64,000 nucleotides of DNA from an uncultured delta proteobacterium (GTDB taxonomy: Bacteria > Myxococcota_A > Polyangia > Polyangiales > Polyangiaceae), in the NCBI GenBank assembly GCA_963782055.1, contig CAWAIF010000003.1:3232001-3296000 (forward strand). Reading direction: 5' to 3'. Made by a program: the position numbers and the translations under genes. The notes under the pieces were generated by a model. It was not told the origin of the DNA and did no database searches. It saw only the letters and a list, made by a program, of their open reading frames with translations. Shown piece after piece: positions 62,824-64,000 of the stretch. Positions within the stretch are counted from its first letter, which is position 1. Every line of letters begins with the position of its first letter.

Positions 62824-63972
62824 ATGGCGACCCACAGCATTCCCAGCGTCCCGGACGATCAGGGCCGCGCGACGCCCGCGGGCGGCGGGGAGGCGGGGGT
62901 GGTTCGCGTCCTGCGCGAGGACGGCACCCTCGACCCGGAGGGGGATCCGCGCCTGGAGGACGCCGCCGTGCTGGCCCTCTACCAGCACATGGTGCTGGTG
63001 CGCGTCCTCGACGAGCGCATGGTCACCCTCCAGCGCCAGGGGCGCGTGGGCTTTCACATCGGCTCGCTGGGGGAGGAGGCGGCGATCCTGGGAGCGGCCG
63101 CCGCCCTCCGCGACGGGGACTGGATCTTCCCCTGCTACCGGGAGTTCGGCGCCGCCCTCTGGCGCGGGATGAGCCTGCAGTCCTACGCCGACAACATGTT
63201 CGGCAACGCGCGCGACCTGGCGCGCGGGCGGCAGATGCCCGACCACATCACCGCGCGCGCCGCGCGCTTCGCCTCGGTGAGCTCGCCCATCGGCACGCAG
63301 ATCCCGCAGGCGGTCGGCCTCGCGTGGGCGGCGAAGATGAAGAAGGAGGATCACGTCGCCCTCGTGTACTTCGGCGAGGGCGCGACCAGCTCCGCCGGCT
63401 TCCACGATGGGATGAACTTCGCCGGCGTCTTCCGGACACCCACCGTCTTCTTCTGCCGCAACAACGGCTGGGCCATCAGCGTGCCCGCGGAGCGGCAGAC
63501 CGCGAGCGAGACCTTCGCCGGCAAGGGGGTGGCCTACGGCGTGCCCGGCGTCCGCGTGGACGGCAACGATCTCTTCGCCGTGCTCAAGGTCACCCGCGAT
63601 GCGGTGGCGCGGGCGGCGGCGGGGCAGGGGCCCACGCTGATCGAGGCGCTGACCTACCGCCTCTCCGGCCACTCCACCAGCGACGACCCGCGCGCGTACC
63701 GGGACGAGGCGGCGGTGGACGCGTGGAAGCGCCGCGATCCCCTGCTGCGCCTGCACCGCCACCTCGCCGGGCGCGGCCTCTGGAACGAGGCGCAGCAGGC
63801 GGAGCTGGAGGCCCGGGTGGAGGCGGAGATCCACGCCGCGGTCGCCGCGGCGGAGAAGGTGGGGCCCCCCGCCCTCGAGACGATGTTCGACGACGTCTTC
63901 GGCGAGCTGCCCGCGCACCTCGCCGAGCAGCGCGCGCGGCTGCTCGCCGGCAGCCGGGCGAAGGGGCACTGA
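62824..63972 (+). CDS. pdhA: 2-oxoacid (pyruvate or branched-chain) dehydrogenase E1 alpha subunit
   Basis: LQRQGR, SSPIGTQ, TPP motif GEGATS...NNGWAIS, DGND, YRL.GHSTSDD. PDH versus BCKDH specificity not resolvable by eye. Confidence 0.88.
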   Translation: MATHSIPSVPDDQGRATPAGGGEAGVVRVLREDGTLDPEGDPRLEDAAVLALYQHMVLVRVLDERMVTLQRQGRVGFHIGSLGEEAAILGAAAALRDGDWIFPCYREFGAALWRGMSLQSYADNMFGNARDLARGRQMPDHITARAARFASVSSPIGTQIPQAVGLAWAAKMKKEDHVALVYFGEGATSSAGFHDGMNFAGVFRTPTVFFCRNNGWAISVPAERQTASETFAGKGVAYGVPGVRVDGNDLFAVLKVTRDAVARAAAGQGPTLIEALTYRLSGHSTSDDPRAYRDEAAVDAWKRRDPLLRLHRHLAGRGLWNEAQQAELEARVEAEIHAAVAAAEKVGPPALETMFDDVFGELPAHLAEQRARLLAGSRAKGH

Positions 63973-63973
63973 C

Positions 63974-64000
63974 GTGAAGAAGGACGAGCTCGGAGACGTG
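63974..64000 (+). CDS. Probable start of the next gene, truncated by the window edge
   Basis: GTG 1 nt after the E1 alpha stop, open to the end (MKKDELGDV). Confidence 0.4.

Overview
Very GC-rich bacterial chromosomal DNA. Gene content (Cys-rich lipoproteins, FHA-GAF-cyclase, a 3766-aa TPR protein, split nuo operon, Pro/Gly-rich linkers) suggests Myxococcota, probably Polyangiales; this is an inference. Mostly housekeeping genes: ccmC/ccmD-like, acyl-CoA dehydrogenase, KirBac-type K+ channel, accA, LonC-like protease, hisC, nuoE-F-J-K-L-M-N, ychF, coaBC, plsC-like and DAG-kinase-like genes, dnaX-ybaB-recR, ridA, etfBA, nadB and a 2-oxoacid dehydrogenase E1 alpha. Features missed by the ORF track: a class I cobalamin riboswitch (31488-31678) ahead of an uncharacterised lipoprotein, a 3x126-bp multi-hairpin tandem repeat plus a BoxC-like element, a 41-aa membrane ORF, two apparent single-base frameshifts, and a recurring TAnnnT hexamer 6-9 nt before start codons (possible leaderless mRNAs). 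Best candidates for something undescribed: (1) a prenyltransferase/terpene-cyclase-like helical region fused to a divergent GGDEF domain in a small accessory block with a MarR regulator and a lipoprotein; (2) the B12-riboswitch lipoprotein/thioredoxin-YyaL pair with no btuB nearby; (3) a CxxCH-bearing propeller/cystine-knot lipoprotein divergent from ccmC. I saw no tRNA, rRNA, CRISPR array, transposase or integrase. All calls are by eye, without database searches.
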